Shown: positions 38,807 to 53,091 of the stretch, in pieces | Numbering within the stretch: the stretch's first letter is position 1 | How the letters are laid out: each line of letters opens with the position of its first letter | Assembly: GCA_053919585.1 (NCBI GenBank) | Contig: CM132789.1 | Direction: 5' to 3' (one strand) | DNA: 64,000 nt | Origin: Euprymna scolopes | Taxonomy: Eukaryota | Translations under genes and position numbers: made by a program | Notes under the pieces: model-generated | What the model was told of the DNA's origin: nothing | Databases searched by the model: none | Seen by the model: the letters and a program-made list of their open reading frames with translations, nothing else

Positions 38807-40620
38807 GTGTTACTATGTTGAGTTCAATATTCGATTAATAAAATAATCAGTCACGCCGACGTAACACGCACGTGAGTTGTCTTATGATGTTATGAATAAA
38901 AAATATTCATTGCTGCTGCAGTGCTGCAATCTGCATGGGTTTACGTTTTGTTTTTGTTATCACAATTAAAAGAAAATCACAATTAAAAGAAAAAAATCAA
39001 TTTCTTTCTTTTATTTTATTTTAAGTGAATAAAAAAAAGAATTCTTTCTCTTTAATATCGAATATTTTTATTTTATTTTTACGTAATTTCGTAAAATGTG
39101 CTCATTCGCTTTTTAATTTATCATTACTTACTATAGTGTTTGTTCTTTGATGAAAGAGCAGGTACTTGCTATTTGCACTCTCCTAATCCTTGCTAATGGT
39201 ATCTTATTGCATCATAGCAATAATACTATTAAATTTCAATGCCCTGTAAATACACCAAAGTACAATACTGCCGAGTGAATAAAAAAAAACGCATTTTTTT
39301 TTTTTTTTTCCAACACTATTTTCCTTTTTATAATAAACTTATTTTAAGGTAGTGTTTATCCCATGCATAGTTATTCCAAACTTTGTAGATAATCAACTAT
39401 TTAATAAGTGCATGCCGTTTAACTAGAAGATCCGAAAAGTATATGAAGCTGACTTTCCTGTATTCTTACAGGAGTGACCTTTCCCAAATTACACGCGTTT
39501 GTTGCAACGAACTTTGTTGTAATATTTGTACGTTTTTTCTCGCTTTTGTAAAAGAATTTTGAATGGTTTTTAATAGAATAACATTGATTTTATTTTTCAT
39601 ACTAATTCTTGGGATTTAACCAAAAAATGGCAAAATTTTCACATTTGTTCTTTTTAAAAATATCTCCTTACACATTTTCTATTTTTAACTACTTATGTCG
39701 ACTTTTTTCGCTTTGTTAAAAATAAGTACCTTTTACACACATAAATAAAATTGTAGAGCCAGTTTTCGTGTGTGAATATTTCTCGCCTCTACACGATTTG
39801 CATCTATTGTCTTTAAGGCAAACCATAAAAATCCCCGATCAGTCTGCAGCAAACGGTGCTTTCATCGATTCAATTCCTAATATTAAAGACTTCTTACTCT
39901 TGTGGTTTTCCAGGTTTTATATTAATTTTTATTCATTAAATTGTTAGGTGAAAATACAGAATAGTTAACAAAGCCCCCCTCTCATTAAGAATGTCTTTCT
40001 AAATAATCTGCTGACATGCTAAAATAATAACTTTATTATTTAGAAAGACCTTAACATCAAGAAGGACCTTTTATATACTATTCGATAAATTTAGAAAAGT
40101 GAAACTCTCGCCAGAAGTTATATTACGGGAGAGGAACTTAATCTAACTTGACTCCGTTTGTTGGGGGCTTTCTTTCAGTCGGTGATTCTTCTGGGGTGCT
40201 TTTTTTTCTTTATTTACTACTCATAAATCGATGATTTACTTATTGATATGAAAAATAGAATATTGTAAAATAAAACGAACTTTTAAAAAATAATTATGAA
40301 AGTAGTCTTATATCTTGCTTCAATTAATAATTTACGGATCAGTTAAATTTAACTTTCAAAAACTGGTGTTAAAAAGTAATACAAAAACAAACGGCCTACT
40401 TTTAAAAAAGAAAAAGTAGAACAAAAATGAAAGTAAAAAAAAAAAAAAAAAATCCCGGAGAACACCCGGTAGATGCAGTTTTATATAAATGTTTTATTTT
40501 ACTTTATTCGATCTTAACTCGGCTATATCTACTTATCTTGTTTTTCGTACGAATACGAATCTATTTTCAGTAAAGTGAAAGCCACACGACTAACCTAAAT
40601 ATAAAAACGTCTCGAAATGC

Positions 40621-40651
<31 letters not shown>

Positions 40652-41315
40652 GAACTCGCATTACGTTGTTGTTCTTGTTGTTGACTTGTGAGGAATTCGG
40701 AATTACATAATCTCTTAAGATGTTGAGCACTAAATTCATTCATCAGAGTTAAAGATTTTAGAACATGTTGGACGACGATTAAGTTTTGTGTTTCGTAGTT
40801 ATACTAGCTTAAAAGTTTAATAGTTTTGGAAAAAGTATGTTTGTTGGAGGTTATCGCAATACGTCAAGTCAGCATTAGGTGTACATTATTTATTTCATAT
40901 CCTCAGTATTTCGAGATAGATCTCGCTTTTTCAAAGGAAAATTAAGACTTATGATCGGAGTTTGTTTTTGTTTGCGTATCTCTTATTACTGGACACATTT
41001 TATCGAAGCGCTGTATGTAATCGTTGGTTGAATATATTGTCAGAATATAGTTAAACTTATAAAGGGAGTATAGATGTGTTAAATTAATACTTCAATGTTG
41101 AGTTCTAATCTTATTAATTTGTAGAATGACTCAAGTTCTAAGTATCGCCTTCTTAATTCTAAGATTACCTATCTTTTATTAAGTAGTTTCGATATTTAGT
41201 TATTTCATTTACGTTATTGCATTTAAATAGATGTTTTATTATGAATGATACTTTAAATTTGAAAATGAAAACTTAATATTCTTTACTTAATTCGGCCGGA
41301 ACAATAATCACGTAG

Positions 41316-41352
<37 letters not shown>

Positions 41353-43002
41353 CAAACTCAAATAAAATTTGACATTAAATATTGTATATTTTGTGTTGAC
41401 TTTCTGTTGCAATTATGGTACGTTTATGATATTTAAAGCTTCGTCACTTTGGGAGGCACATCGTCGTGTACTTCTTGTTGGTTTCACCAATTTACTTGTA
41501 GTCTTGAAATAGGTATTTTAGAGAAATCCTTGCAATCGACATTTTAAATTGAAATGTTAATTTTTAAAAAATTTAATTAGGCCCAACTTGAAAAAAAAAA
41601 CAAACTATATTTAATTTATTAAAAAAAAAAATTAAAACTGATTTAAAATAGCATTTTGTTTAAAATTGGAAGAAATTGAAATATGCGTGTTAGATAAAAA
41701 GTTAACATTTCACTTGAAAATGCTCTTTTCACAACTCGTACGGTTTAGAGATCCCTAAAAAAAACAAAAACAAAAAAAAAAAAAACATATATGACCTTAC
41801 TAAAAAAAAATAGGCGAGTTTTTTTTTTTTTAACAAATGCATTACCATTTTTTTCTTGAAAATGTCCTAAAATTAAACCGTTGCGAAAGCTAATTGAACG
41901 TTAAACTCGTCCATGAACACACAAAATCCCTCGGTAAGATTGTCTCAAAAACCGACAGAAAATTTCTCTATTTCAAAGGAAAATGAACGATAGAGATAAA
42001 CTTTAGTTTCAAAGTTTCTTTTTCTTGTTGGAATCGAGTCTTCCTAAGTATTATATAATTTAGAACGATAACATGCAGCATGTATTTCATTCTAGTTTTA
42101 TGAGAAAGTGTTCTCAGCTTAGATATTATGCAACTGTATTTGCCGTAAGAAAAAAACAAACTTGTTTTAAAAAGCGTGTTTCTTCTAATTAGAATTTCTA
42201 TAAATTTAGAAACATTGTATCTTCTAAAAACGTTGCTTGGAGAGTTTTTACTTTCATTTTTGTTTTGCCTTAATTTATTTATTTATTTTTGATTAAATCG
42301 TATTTTTTAATAGGATTTGGACAGTTGAATTTAATTATACGATATTGGTCATTACATTATTAATTGAACCAAATTATTGTAAAACTTCAACCAATTTTGT
42401 CATGGTCATATTGTTTTAATCATTGTAAAATGTGTGGGTGTACTTTTTCAAACTGTTACTGTTTAAATACGTGAGGAATGTTCTAAGAATATTAAAACCA
42501 GAAATGTATTCAACAGTTTAAATGTTTCAAAAGTGTTTTTCATATTTCAAAAGTTCACAGAGTAATTCATTATTTTATTGATTTTGACTATTAACAAAAT
42601 ATTAAACTATACAAAAAAGAAAAGCTTAAACGCATTCAGGTGGATTTAATTTCATATATATTTTTTTCTCTTTAATAACTTTTAAAAATGTTTTATTTAT
42701 TTTCTGTACATCACGTTATTTCATTTTCCATTTGGGGAAAATAAAAGTAAGTTACGTATAACTGAGAAATATAGACAGAAGTACTAACGTAATTATATTA
42801 CTATAGCGATTTAAAAAAAAAATGTGGCTTGTTTAAAAAAGTAAACTTCTTTCCTTTTGTGAGTCATTGTTTTGCAGTGAGAGCGGTTCCTCCTACGCGC
42901 CGGTTCTCTCCATCTCGGGTTACGTTTACAACAATTTCGCATAGTTTAAGTTCTAGAAAACTTGATACAAAGTTGTTCATTCTGTGCATATAACGCATTC
43001 CA

Positions 43003-43016
43003 GTGGCCATGGTAAC
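43003..43016. promoter_or_regulatory. RFX X-box motif GTGGCCATGGTAAC
   Basis: Matches GTNRCC-N0-3-RGYAAC within a CpG-rich unique island. Confidence 0.4.
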
Positions 43017-44000
43017 GAAAACCCACACCTTCACACGATTGTTTGCATAGCGCACCTATTTATAAACACTGTACACACACACACACACACACACACATTA
43101 TTCATGGTCAGTAAAGGAAAAAAAAAAAAAACTCGTATAAACATTTTTAAAATAGTTTCTAGAAATATTTGGAACATTTCAATTATTTGTTTCTCTTTGA
43201 AAATCCTGATGTGTATTACTATTTTCATTTCGAATACCTTTGGAATGTTTGCGTTTTGGTTGGCATTTGTTAGTTATAAGAAAAAATATATTTAATTTTT
43301 TTTTTTTCTCTTTTTATTAATTTAATTATTGGCATCAACTCTGGTTATTTGATACAAGAATGACGCAAGCGAAAATCCATGTTTTTCAGTTTAGAAGTAC
43401 AAATGAACATTAAACAAGTTTTCAGCTTCAACCACATTTTTCTCGTCGCCAACTTAACGACTACAAAATCACTTTCGAACTTCCAAGCCTCATGAAATCC
43501 AAAAGACAAGGTCAACCATTCGAACCCATTGTGACAACACAAAATGGGAAGCACAGTGTTTTGAGCTTTCGAAATTCGAAAGTGATTTTGAAGCGTTTTA
43601 CATTGTCAGTTAGTCTTGCGTTGATGTTTAAAGGCAACAGGTCAAGTATTGTGGTTCGTTTGTGTATTCAAACCAAATAAAAATAACTTTTGGAAGAACC
43701 CTCTTTAGATTAATTAATCACTTAGCTTGCTTGTTAGTTTCGTAACGTTTCGGCCGCTGTAACCACCGATTTTTAAGCGCATCTTTTCAAACTTGGGAAT
43801 CTTTGTCGAGTTTGGGAATTAAACTTCTAAAAAACCTGAAATCGAGCAACCCCCTTTTTTTATATTGGCACCAACTTTATTATAGAATAGTTTTGCTTTA
43901 ACTAAACTTATTTTGAATACAAAAAATAACCCAGCTACAATCATAAGTAAATCAATAATTTTTTTATTATGGGAATCCTTTGAGATGAGTAATTTGTAAA

Positions 44001-44390
44001 TTTATTGATTTTCGAGCTGTTATCCTCATCTTAATAGTTATTGTTTCACAACGTTTCGACCAACTATTCCATTGGCCTTCGTCAGGTGGTTAACGGTGAC
44101 GCGATAGGAATGCGGAGTCTTTTAACTGTATCCTCAGTAATTACTGATTCCAGGTGAGCATTGTTCGAAGATAGTGGTTTCAATCCTACCCAAAGCAGGC
44201 CATATGATTAGTTGGCCAAAAATGAGGTGAGACGACAACTCTGGAAGCCATTACTGAGGATACAGTTAAGACTCAGCATTCCTGTCCCGTCGCAGTTAAC
44301 CACCTGACGAAGGCCAGAGGAATAGTTAACTGAAACGTCGTGAACTATAAAGATCAGGATAAGTCCGCAAATAAATAACTAAATCAATAA
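44001..44390. mobile_element. Penelope-like element remnant with inverted arms of about 140 bp, each carrying a minimal hammerhead
   Basis: Arms at 44001-44141 and 44250-44390. HHR motifs at 44047-44088 (-) and 44301-44342 (+). Confidence 0.7.
44047..44088 (-). ncRNA. Minimal (dimer-type) hammerhead ribozyme motif
   Basis: Reads CAC-CUGACGA-A-GGCCAA(UGGAAUAG)UUGGUC-GAA-ACGU-U-GUG. Stem I is 3 bp, stem II is 6 bp, and stem III is the palindrome ACGU. Confidence 0.6.
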
Positions 44391-46949
44391 TGTTCGATAT
44401 TAATATTTTTATGATAATAAATTAAAAAAAATGTTTATAAATTTTTATTTGTCCATTGATTTCCTTTTAGCTTTAATTCTTTCGATTTTTTCGATAATTT
44501 AAACTTTTCAAAACATGAAATTGATGAGGTCTTTTTCATCCATATGTTGTTATACATTTAAGTTTTTGGATAAAAGAGCCGCTAATTTGGATTAAAAGTT
44601 TTTCTCTTTTAAATCTATAAAATTGCACTTATTTTCCCCCTCTGACAGTGAGATTAAAACGCTGAATTCATCCTCATACTATAAAAGAACTATAGTTTCT
44701 ACTATACTCATCACACGTATGGGTTCAGTCAAATCTTGAAAAATTTGCATAATGCTTTGCCAAAAGACATCTCAATAATTAAATGTTTTCAATTTCAATG
44801 ATTGTTTTCATTTTGATCTAACACATAGTTCCATTTACAAATAGTTTTTTAAAGGCTGGGCATTTTTTATTTATTTATTTTTTTTTTTTTGTGAAAAAAA
44901 AAACTAAACAAGAAACAAAGCTGTCCGTTTTTTTATAGTCAATTTACTTCTGGATGGATTCAATTTTCAACAAGTTGCGATCCAGTTATAAATTCTAAAT
45001 TGAAAAATACCCCCCCACACACACACACACTCAATCAAATCGATCAAACAAACAGGTTCATGAGTATCCCGACCTCACAACAAATAATTGGAAGCAGAAG
45101 TTTCCTAGTTTTTCAATTTTCGCGGTCAACGTTGGGACAATTTCTCACTTTTGGTGACAATGGCATCTTGCGATTGAAAAATTAAATAGAAAATTAAGCA
45201 AAACTTCAGGTTTATTGATTCTTTTTTTGTATCGCTATAGAATTCAAACTTCCTTTTGTCTTGATCTTTCGGATACTGTTTCAAAAGCTGAATATTCTGT
45301 GTAACTTGTTAAGAAAACCCCTAATAGTATGAGACTTTAAAAAGAAACCATCTAACATTGCTATTTTTTTTTATTTTATTTTTTTTTTATTTTATTTTTT
45401 ATTTTTTTTAAGGATTAACATTTTAAGTCAACCATTCAGTTATTATCAAAAGTTCATTGGTTGCGTTTTGTTGTTTTCTTTCTTGCTTTATACATCAACT
45501 ATTTACTGCCAGAACATTATATCGACTAGAAACTATTTAATGAACACAAATTGCTATTTTAGAAGATCTTTGTCTTCCTTCCTTCTTTTCACTTAGTAGC
45601 ATATACTTTTATGCCTGAAAGATAAAATAATACTTTTCTTTTAAAGAAAACATTTTAATATTTAAAACTGAAAATTGTTAATGTTTTTTTTTTTTCTTTT
45701 TGTTTTATGTAAAATAAAATCCATTTCACGCCTATTGAAATTCCTTATTTACTAAAAAATAATTTCCTCCGGTAAACCGATTATTATACCTATTTACAGT
45801 GCCTCCCCACGGGACACTAGGGTCGTTTTTTAACGTGGAGAAAAGGTATAGAAACAAAGTAACTTGAAACTACTAACTCTTTTTTTTTTTTTTTTTTTTT
45901 TAAATCTTAATATTGACTGATTACATGTCAGTTTTTGTTTTGATATTCATACTAGCAAGAGAACTCGGTGTTACCCAGGATTGAATGAGGAAATGATTTT
46001 GTGCTGAATAATACAACATATAGTTTTTTTTTTTTATTCTTTACATTTTATAATATTTAACTTAAAGTTACTCTAAGGTGAAGCAAATATATAGAATGTA
46101 AGGGAATGTAAGTAAAATTACATGAAAATAAATTTTAGTAAATTTTGTAGTGTTTTAATCCTCTTCAGACACACCCGGCATTTTTCGTTAATGAATCAGG
46201 ATCATGTTCCAAGCCTTTATTAACATTTTTTTAATTTCTATAATTTTTCAAGTTAAAGTAAAACTTATTTCCTTTTATGGATCTCAATTATCTATGCACA
46301 CACTACGATAACTATGTACATTTTTGATCAAAATGAAATATATAATAGTCCAATTACTCTGAGTAATATAATTTCTGAACGTCTTTGAATAATGGTACTC
46401 TATATTGAAACTTATTGTAAAATTAGCTTAGACTTGAACTTGTGTACTTTTTCTTGAATATAAAGAAAACATTTAAAAAAAAAAAGAAAGATCATAATCA
46501 GATTCCTTCTGCGATCTTGATACTAAATTGAACACTTAATTTAAAATTGCATTTTGTCAAGTGAACATTTTAGAGTAACTGTCCAAAATAACCGCAAAGT
46601 TTTTGTTTTTTTTAGTATGTGAAAAATGCATATTGTTCAAAAATACATTTAGAGATTACTGCCTTGGCACAAACTCGGTTTGATAGCTTTCAAAATGGTG
46701 CTGTCAAATTACCAGACATCTGATTTTTCCTTCATGCGTGGCGCCACGTGTTTTCTTCCAGTCTTTCATAAAATATAATTGATTCATCAGCAAACCGTGT
46801 GTTATGACCCAAGTAAGCATATTCTCATTGAGTGCAGATTACGTACCCAGTGCATTTACTTCATCTGCTAGAATTTCACCACAAATTGTAGTTCAGAACT
46901 TGGGATATCATCAACCTACTCAGCCTTATCGTTTTAAGAAATAATTCTA

Positions 46950-47210
46950 GCCAATAAGTTCCATCCCCTGTCACATCACCACAGTGTTTCATCACTGTGC
47001 TTGATTTACAAATACTTTCACTGAATGTGCACAGATGAACTCCCTGCACTTGTACCCCTCTCCCAGCATCAATACTTCGCACTTGCTGCAAAATCCCACC
47101 CTTTTACGGGAAAGGTCCAAAGATGCTGAAAAAACTTACTATTATAATAGTTTCTTTCCTCAGGTCGCTTGCCTTTGGAATTCTCTCCTTGCTCCTAGTT
47201 TCCTCAAAGG
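46950..47210 (+). mobile_element. CR1-b 3' fragment
   Basis: ORF YYYNSFFPQVACLWNSLL, and shared TGTGC.C.GATGAACTC. Confidence 0.6.
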
Positions 47211-49003
47211 AACACACAGAAATTTAATGCTCTCCAAAATGAAAAAAAAAAATTAATTAAAAACTGATGCTATATATATTGTTTATATTCATTTTTGGAC
47301 AGGTATTCTTTTAGAAGTTGACAAAACTATTTCAACATGAAGATACCAAGATTATTTAATGCTTACTCGCATTTTGATAGAATATACTTTTCTAAATATT
47401 GTCATGCCCTGTTTATAAGTTGTTATTGCTAGTGACAGTCAAAAGTTAATCCTGAATCAGCTTAATACATGTGATGGAAATAATCAGTTTTGACTCTTTG
47501 TGCATCTCCCATTTTTGTTGACCAATCAGGTGACATCAAGACAATGCTACAAGCCGCAGATGTAAATACAAACATTGCTATCCAACTTCCTACCTACATA
47601 GATGCTTCCCCCCCGCCTCTTTGAATCTGACCTTTGTCACAGTATTCTCTTAAGTTAAGGTGACAGTTTTTGTTTGGGATGAAAAGAATCAAAAATTAAC
47701 TAAATATTATGGTTACATTGTGTAATTTTATAATTAGTCAATGATCCATTACAAATTGTTAACTTTTATTTTTACTTATATTAATTAATTAATTTATTTA
47801 TTTATTTTTTTTTTCATAAAAATATTTTGCATCCCTATTCTGGCCATTTCAGATCTTGCTTTTGCATCTGAAAATCAAACTTCCAATTTATAAGTGACAT
47901 TGTAATCGGCTGCATTTTATGTTGATTTCTATAATTAATTTTACTGAATATTGTTAGATTATTTTTGTCAAAACTTTATTAGCCACTTCTTTTTTTTTTT
48001 TAGGGTGGGGGGCGTGCTAAAATAGGGCCTCACATCTATTCTACAATTATGATTTTTGTCTACTGTTTCATAATTTTATTAATTAAAATATATATATATC
48101 AATTGAATATTTGTGGAGATTCTTTAGGCTAAAATTTCATTTATTTTGTAAAGTGAATTTTATATCACTCATATTAGCCCCTATAATAAAACTTTTAATA
48201 TATAACCAATGCTTTTAATATTATACAATTGCTTTTTATATCTTGCCTTTTAGTATATCTCTTACCTTACATCGTTTTAAGTCTTTTCTTATTGATAGCA
48301 ATTACTGGTTTATTTTTTTTAATAATGGCACCCTTCCACTTTTGAAATGTTCTTTGGTTAATTTTCCTGACTCACGAAAACCAGATTTGTGGTCACCTAT
48401 TAATTTACTCCGTGCCTTTTCTGTTTTCCCCTTCCCCCTTATATGTATCCGACAAGTAATCGTTATTGCTTTAGTCATCTTGTATGAAAAGAGAAAATTG
48501 ATAATTCCTTGTCCCAACCCAAGTTATCTATTAAGCTACCCTAATTATATCATTGTCAACCCCGTCCTACCCCCCTCCCAACGACCCAATGATTTAACTC
48601 CTTGAGTACCTGTCACCTTTTGCAAGTATGCGTAAACTGCTTAGTATAAATCTAGATTCATTTGGTTGCATGCACCGACCAATGAAAGGTAAGCAGGTAC
48701 GATACGTGGTCAAATAGAGAAGAAAAAAGACCAGTATTGAACTGGATAGACGTTATGACTATAAGTGCCTGCTACGAAGGTATATTTTTGTCTCCGTTAT
48801 ACTCTGCTAAATTCCTGGGCTTATGACTCGTCATCATTGAGGAACAGTCAGTTTTTAAATATTAGAAATTATATACGGTGTATTTTTTCAGCTCATTAGA
48901 CACACAAAAGAATCTATTTTAAATGGGGGAGTAGCATCTTATGCCTTTAAATTAAGTTTGTATTACGTAACTCCCAAATAGAATAACATCTATAAGGGAT
49001 CCA

Positions 49004-49425
49004 TCTATAATATAAATATCATCTGTCTGTTTAAACGTATGTATGCATGTCTTTCGACAGTGGCGACGGATTTTCACGAGATTGGTATCGTTTTAAAGCT
49101 CAACCCTTCAGACGACAAATTTTTAAAAAATGGCTAAAAACATTAATTCCTTGACCCTCAACTGGACACTTTTCTACAGGGAGGGGTCGCTTTTTTCACT
49201 GATATTTTCGAAAGTCATCCCCATTTTTCGATTGACTAGCCTTAATTTAAACCTTCATCACTTTCGATTTGGTGATGGGTGCAACAGCAAAGATGTCACT
49301 TGTTTTTTTTTTTTCACGTTCTTTTCTTCATGGTACGGGTTCGAGCCTACCTGCCTACTACCACTTTTTTTTTTTGCTGAACACACACCACCAAACATCC
49401 GGGTAATGCTGGACACCCAAGCTAG
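49004..49425 (+). mobile_element. Complete non-autonomous Helitron H2
   Basis: A|TCTATAATATAAA ... TCCGG.TAATGCTGGA hairpin ... CTAG|T. Confidence 0.8.
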
Positions 49426-49830
49426 TTCAAAATAAAGTGACACCTTTACTCATAACAGCAGAAAGGTCATAATCTGATAGGGTCCTGGGTATGACCTTAA
49501 GACATTCAGTGATGAGGTCTCTGGCTGTGGAGAATGTGGAGCTGTCTCTTGGTTACCATTTGTTTACCATTTCTCCTAGATGCACTTTGGCTCAGAGTGT
49601 AATACATGTTAGGATATCTGGTGTTACTAGATCAGGCTGTATGAAGATACTGGCTTCTTGAACAAAAATGCATCAAGCATTGATGCTATTGTCCCCCCCC
49701 CCTTTCCCTTTGCAAAACTTAATCATGTTCTGAAAAATTTAAAGCAAAAACTTTTCTTTTACAAAACAAACCAAACGCCATGAATATTTGAAGATATAAA
49801 GAACTTTAATCATAAAAACTTTTTCTAAAG

Positions 49831-50202
49831 TTATTGGTCCCCCCGACAAAAGGAGGCTGGACCTGTAAATTCAACCTTGTCTGTTCGTCCGTTCGTCTGT
49901 CTGCACTTTTCTTAATAACTATGCCTTGGAACTTTTTGAAATTTTGCACAAATATTAAACATGATATGAGTAAAAAAAACTAACAGAACAGATTTTCTGG
50001 GAAAACTCCACCCCCCCCCCCACCCCCCCTTTCCCCTAAGAGTGCCTTTCGGATTAAATGGCTAAATTGACACTTTTGTGCTTATTAAAAGCAATTGAGG
50101 CTTAATGGAAAGCGGGGGGAGGTGGGGGGGTACTCAAATGCTGAACTTAGTCTTTTTTTATGCCTCGTTCACTCATGGGGGACCATGCATGCTTCACTTG
50201 TT
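49831..50202 (+). mobile_element. DINE-1/HINE-like (Helentron-associated) element
   Basis: Starts TTAT. 5' subTIR GGTCCCCC has a nearby short IR (GGACC). A (GTCY)n microsatellite follows, then the 3' subTIR GGGGGACC, and the element ends CACTTGTT. Confidence 0.6.
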
Positions 50203-50722
50203 GGATTCAGCACTAAATAACACTTAAAGGGTTGATATGCCATAAAACAAAAGCAACCAACAAACCAAATAAATCCAATGGTATTTTAATTTGACTATCC
50301 GATTTTGTAATCTCAAATGTAAAACCTAATATGATGTATCGGGTATTATTTCTAATGGAGGTAAGAAGTCGGCTAAAACAAAATCAGACTCTCGAATTAA
50401 AAAAAAAAAAAAAAATGAAAGTTTAGTAATCTGACTCTTAATTCCTGCAAAAATTGCCTACGCAGGAATGGTGAGTCAGTTGAAAAAAAAATATCTTGCA
50501 TGCATTTTAAAAACTCTGACACCCTAACTTTTATTTTAAAATAAAGTTCATTATTCGACTACTTTAAAGTATAAATGCATTTTTAGTGACAAAAGAATAA
50601 ATTTTGTTTTCCCATGACCATTGCGAATAGTACATTTAATAAATAGATACATTATTATTAATAGAAATCTATTTAATAGGTGTTAACTGCGACAAATTAT
50701 TGCAAACTTTTTTTTCTTTTAG

Positions 50723-50852
50723 NNNNNNNNNNNNNNNNNNNNNNNNNNNNNNNNNNNNNNNNNNNNNNNNNNNNNNNNNNNNNNNNNNNNNNNNNNNNNN
50801 NNNNNNNNNNNNNNNNNNNNNNNNNNNNNNNNNNNNNNNNNNNNNNNNNNNN
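50723..50852. other. Assembly gap (N run)
   Basis: Run of N. Confidence 1.
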
Positions 50853-51662
50853 TGCACCAATCTAATAATTAAGACTAACAACAATTTTCCTTAATATAGC
50901 TTCCTAAAAATATCACATAAACTTTTGTTCTTCATAAGGTTGGACATTTAAATGTTTTCTACAGGGTATCTTAAAGAGGTACACACACACGCTTTGAATT
51001 GTAAGTGTTTGTTAATTAATGTAATTTTCAAAATGTATTAGAACTTTGTATTGTCACCTCATATTCTCAAAGTTACGCTCTTTTTGGTCCAAGCACTGCT
51101 GACCATGGAACGTTGTTTCCCTTCAACTGCATTTTTATATTGAATTTCCTTTCTAGTTATGCTGCCATCATTAAACCCAGGATTTAAATGATCCCACTAA
51201 AAATGAATAAGCTTATTCTAACCCATTTTCTTTTCATGTGTGTACATTAGGTTTTACATAGATTTGACAACGTTATGAAAACTACTTGAATATGTTTGAT
51301 AGAATTTTAAAAGTTTACTGATTTATTTAATGTTTTATTTTTAATTATTACATCCTACATCTTTAATTAGTTTTAATTTCTCATCATGAAATCAGAGGGA
51401 ATGTGTGATGTGTATTGTCACAGGCTATATAATCGGCTAACCCAAGTTCAAATCCTATCAAATCTAGTGTGGCAATTTATGCACTAATACTGTTGCAGAA
51501 ACAATTTCAAAAGTTCCGTGACAAATATACCCAGTGAACCTAGTGCAAGAGATACAAAACAATTGCACTTAAAAAGATGGTTAGAATCTTTAAAAAATCT
51601 CTTGGTTGGAATATCTGAGATTGCGTGTGAATGTCTGGAATTCGATAGGATGCCGCATCCTC

Positions 51663-51693
<31 letters not shown>

Positions 51694-52527
51694 GGAAAGG
51701 TATTACTTCCCCTTCCTCCCTGCTACAGGCAAAATAGCAACTTGTGTTTAATTAATCAACGCATATCATGCCAGTGAACAATATTAGTACTCCCATAGTG
51801 TTCCTCATCTTTCAACTGATAATCATTCTGTCTCATTAAGTTTTATTCTTATGGCTCTTGGTCATAAGTGATGATCCTATAGTAAAAAAAAAAAATACCC
51901 CAATCATATGTTTTCAGCAATAAATGCAAAAATTGCTCGATATGCTGTAAAACATACAAACCAACCTATGCGTTTAGATATGACATGAAACTAAATTCAG
52001 AAGAACCTCATTTGATAATTTCATATTTGAAATCCAGACGCAAATGATAAAATTCATATTTCTGATAAGTGACTCCAAGTCATCAAAATGTTCAAATCTG
52101 AATACTCTATGATTCTAGATAAAATCATCTGTTTATATAATTGATCAGTTTAACCATGGTAATGTACAAAGTAGTAAAACTAATTTATATTCACACAATA
52201 GATATTTGATCTTGATGACTTAAATGACCCATGAGATGTTGATAGGCCATACTGAAGACGGACAGCTCAAACTAAAATAAATACATTTGTTTGATCAGCT
52301 AATTTGCAATACTCTTCATTGATAATGTCTACGTATGTTTATGCAATGAATCTCTTTTGGCAATATAATTATTAGAAAATGTACTAACTTTAATATTTCT
52401 GTAGATATAAATGCCAAAACGTTTTTAGGATTGCAAAATGGTGGCACGTGCCATCACCAACATCTGAATTTCTTTAGTAATTTGATAACCTTTGAATCTC
52501 AGCAAAAATAGCAAACGCTTTTTGACA

Positions 52528-52598
<71 letters not shown>

Positions 52599-53006
52599 CG
52601 CACAAATCTGCCTAGTTTTAAAAAGTGAAACAAAAATGAAAGCAAGGATTGTCGGCCCACACCGAGTAGATACAAATAGCATATGTAGCATTTTTTTTTT
52701 TTTTATTAAATTCATCCTATTTTATTTAATATCTCAAATTAATATAATTAAAAATTAATTTATCATTAAATCAAATAGTGCTCAATATATATTTTGTAGA
52801 GCTATATAATAAAATATAAAAATTGAATGACTACATGAATCTGGTCTTAGATATCATTTTTTTTTTTAATGTGCTAGATTTATAACCCCTTTCTGAACTG
52901 TTAAAAAAGATAATTATACAGATATGTTATAAATATTGGAAACTGAATGGCTACATAAATGCAATCCTGCTTCACTCTCATATCGTATCAAGATATCTTG
53001 GGTTGA

Positions 53007-53091
<85 letters not shown>

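Noticed and set aside
46761-46812. Candidate small exon (TTTTCTTCCAG...CCAA|GTAAG)
   Set aside because: It encodes no recognisable peptide and has no partner exons. Splice-like motifs are common by chance.
50958-50968. Minus-strand match to the miR-10 5' end (TACCCTGTAGA)
   Set aside because: Only 11 nt match and there is no precursor hairpin. It resembles a TA-CAGGG Tc1/mariner terminus.
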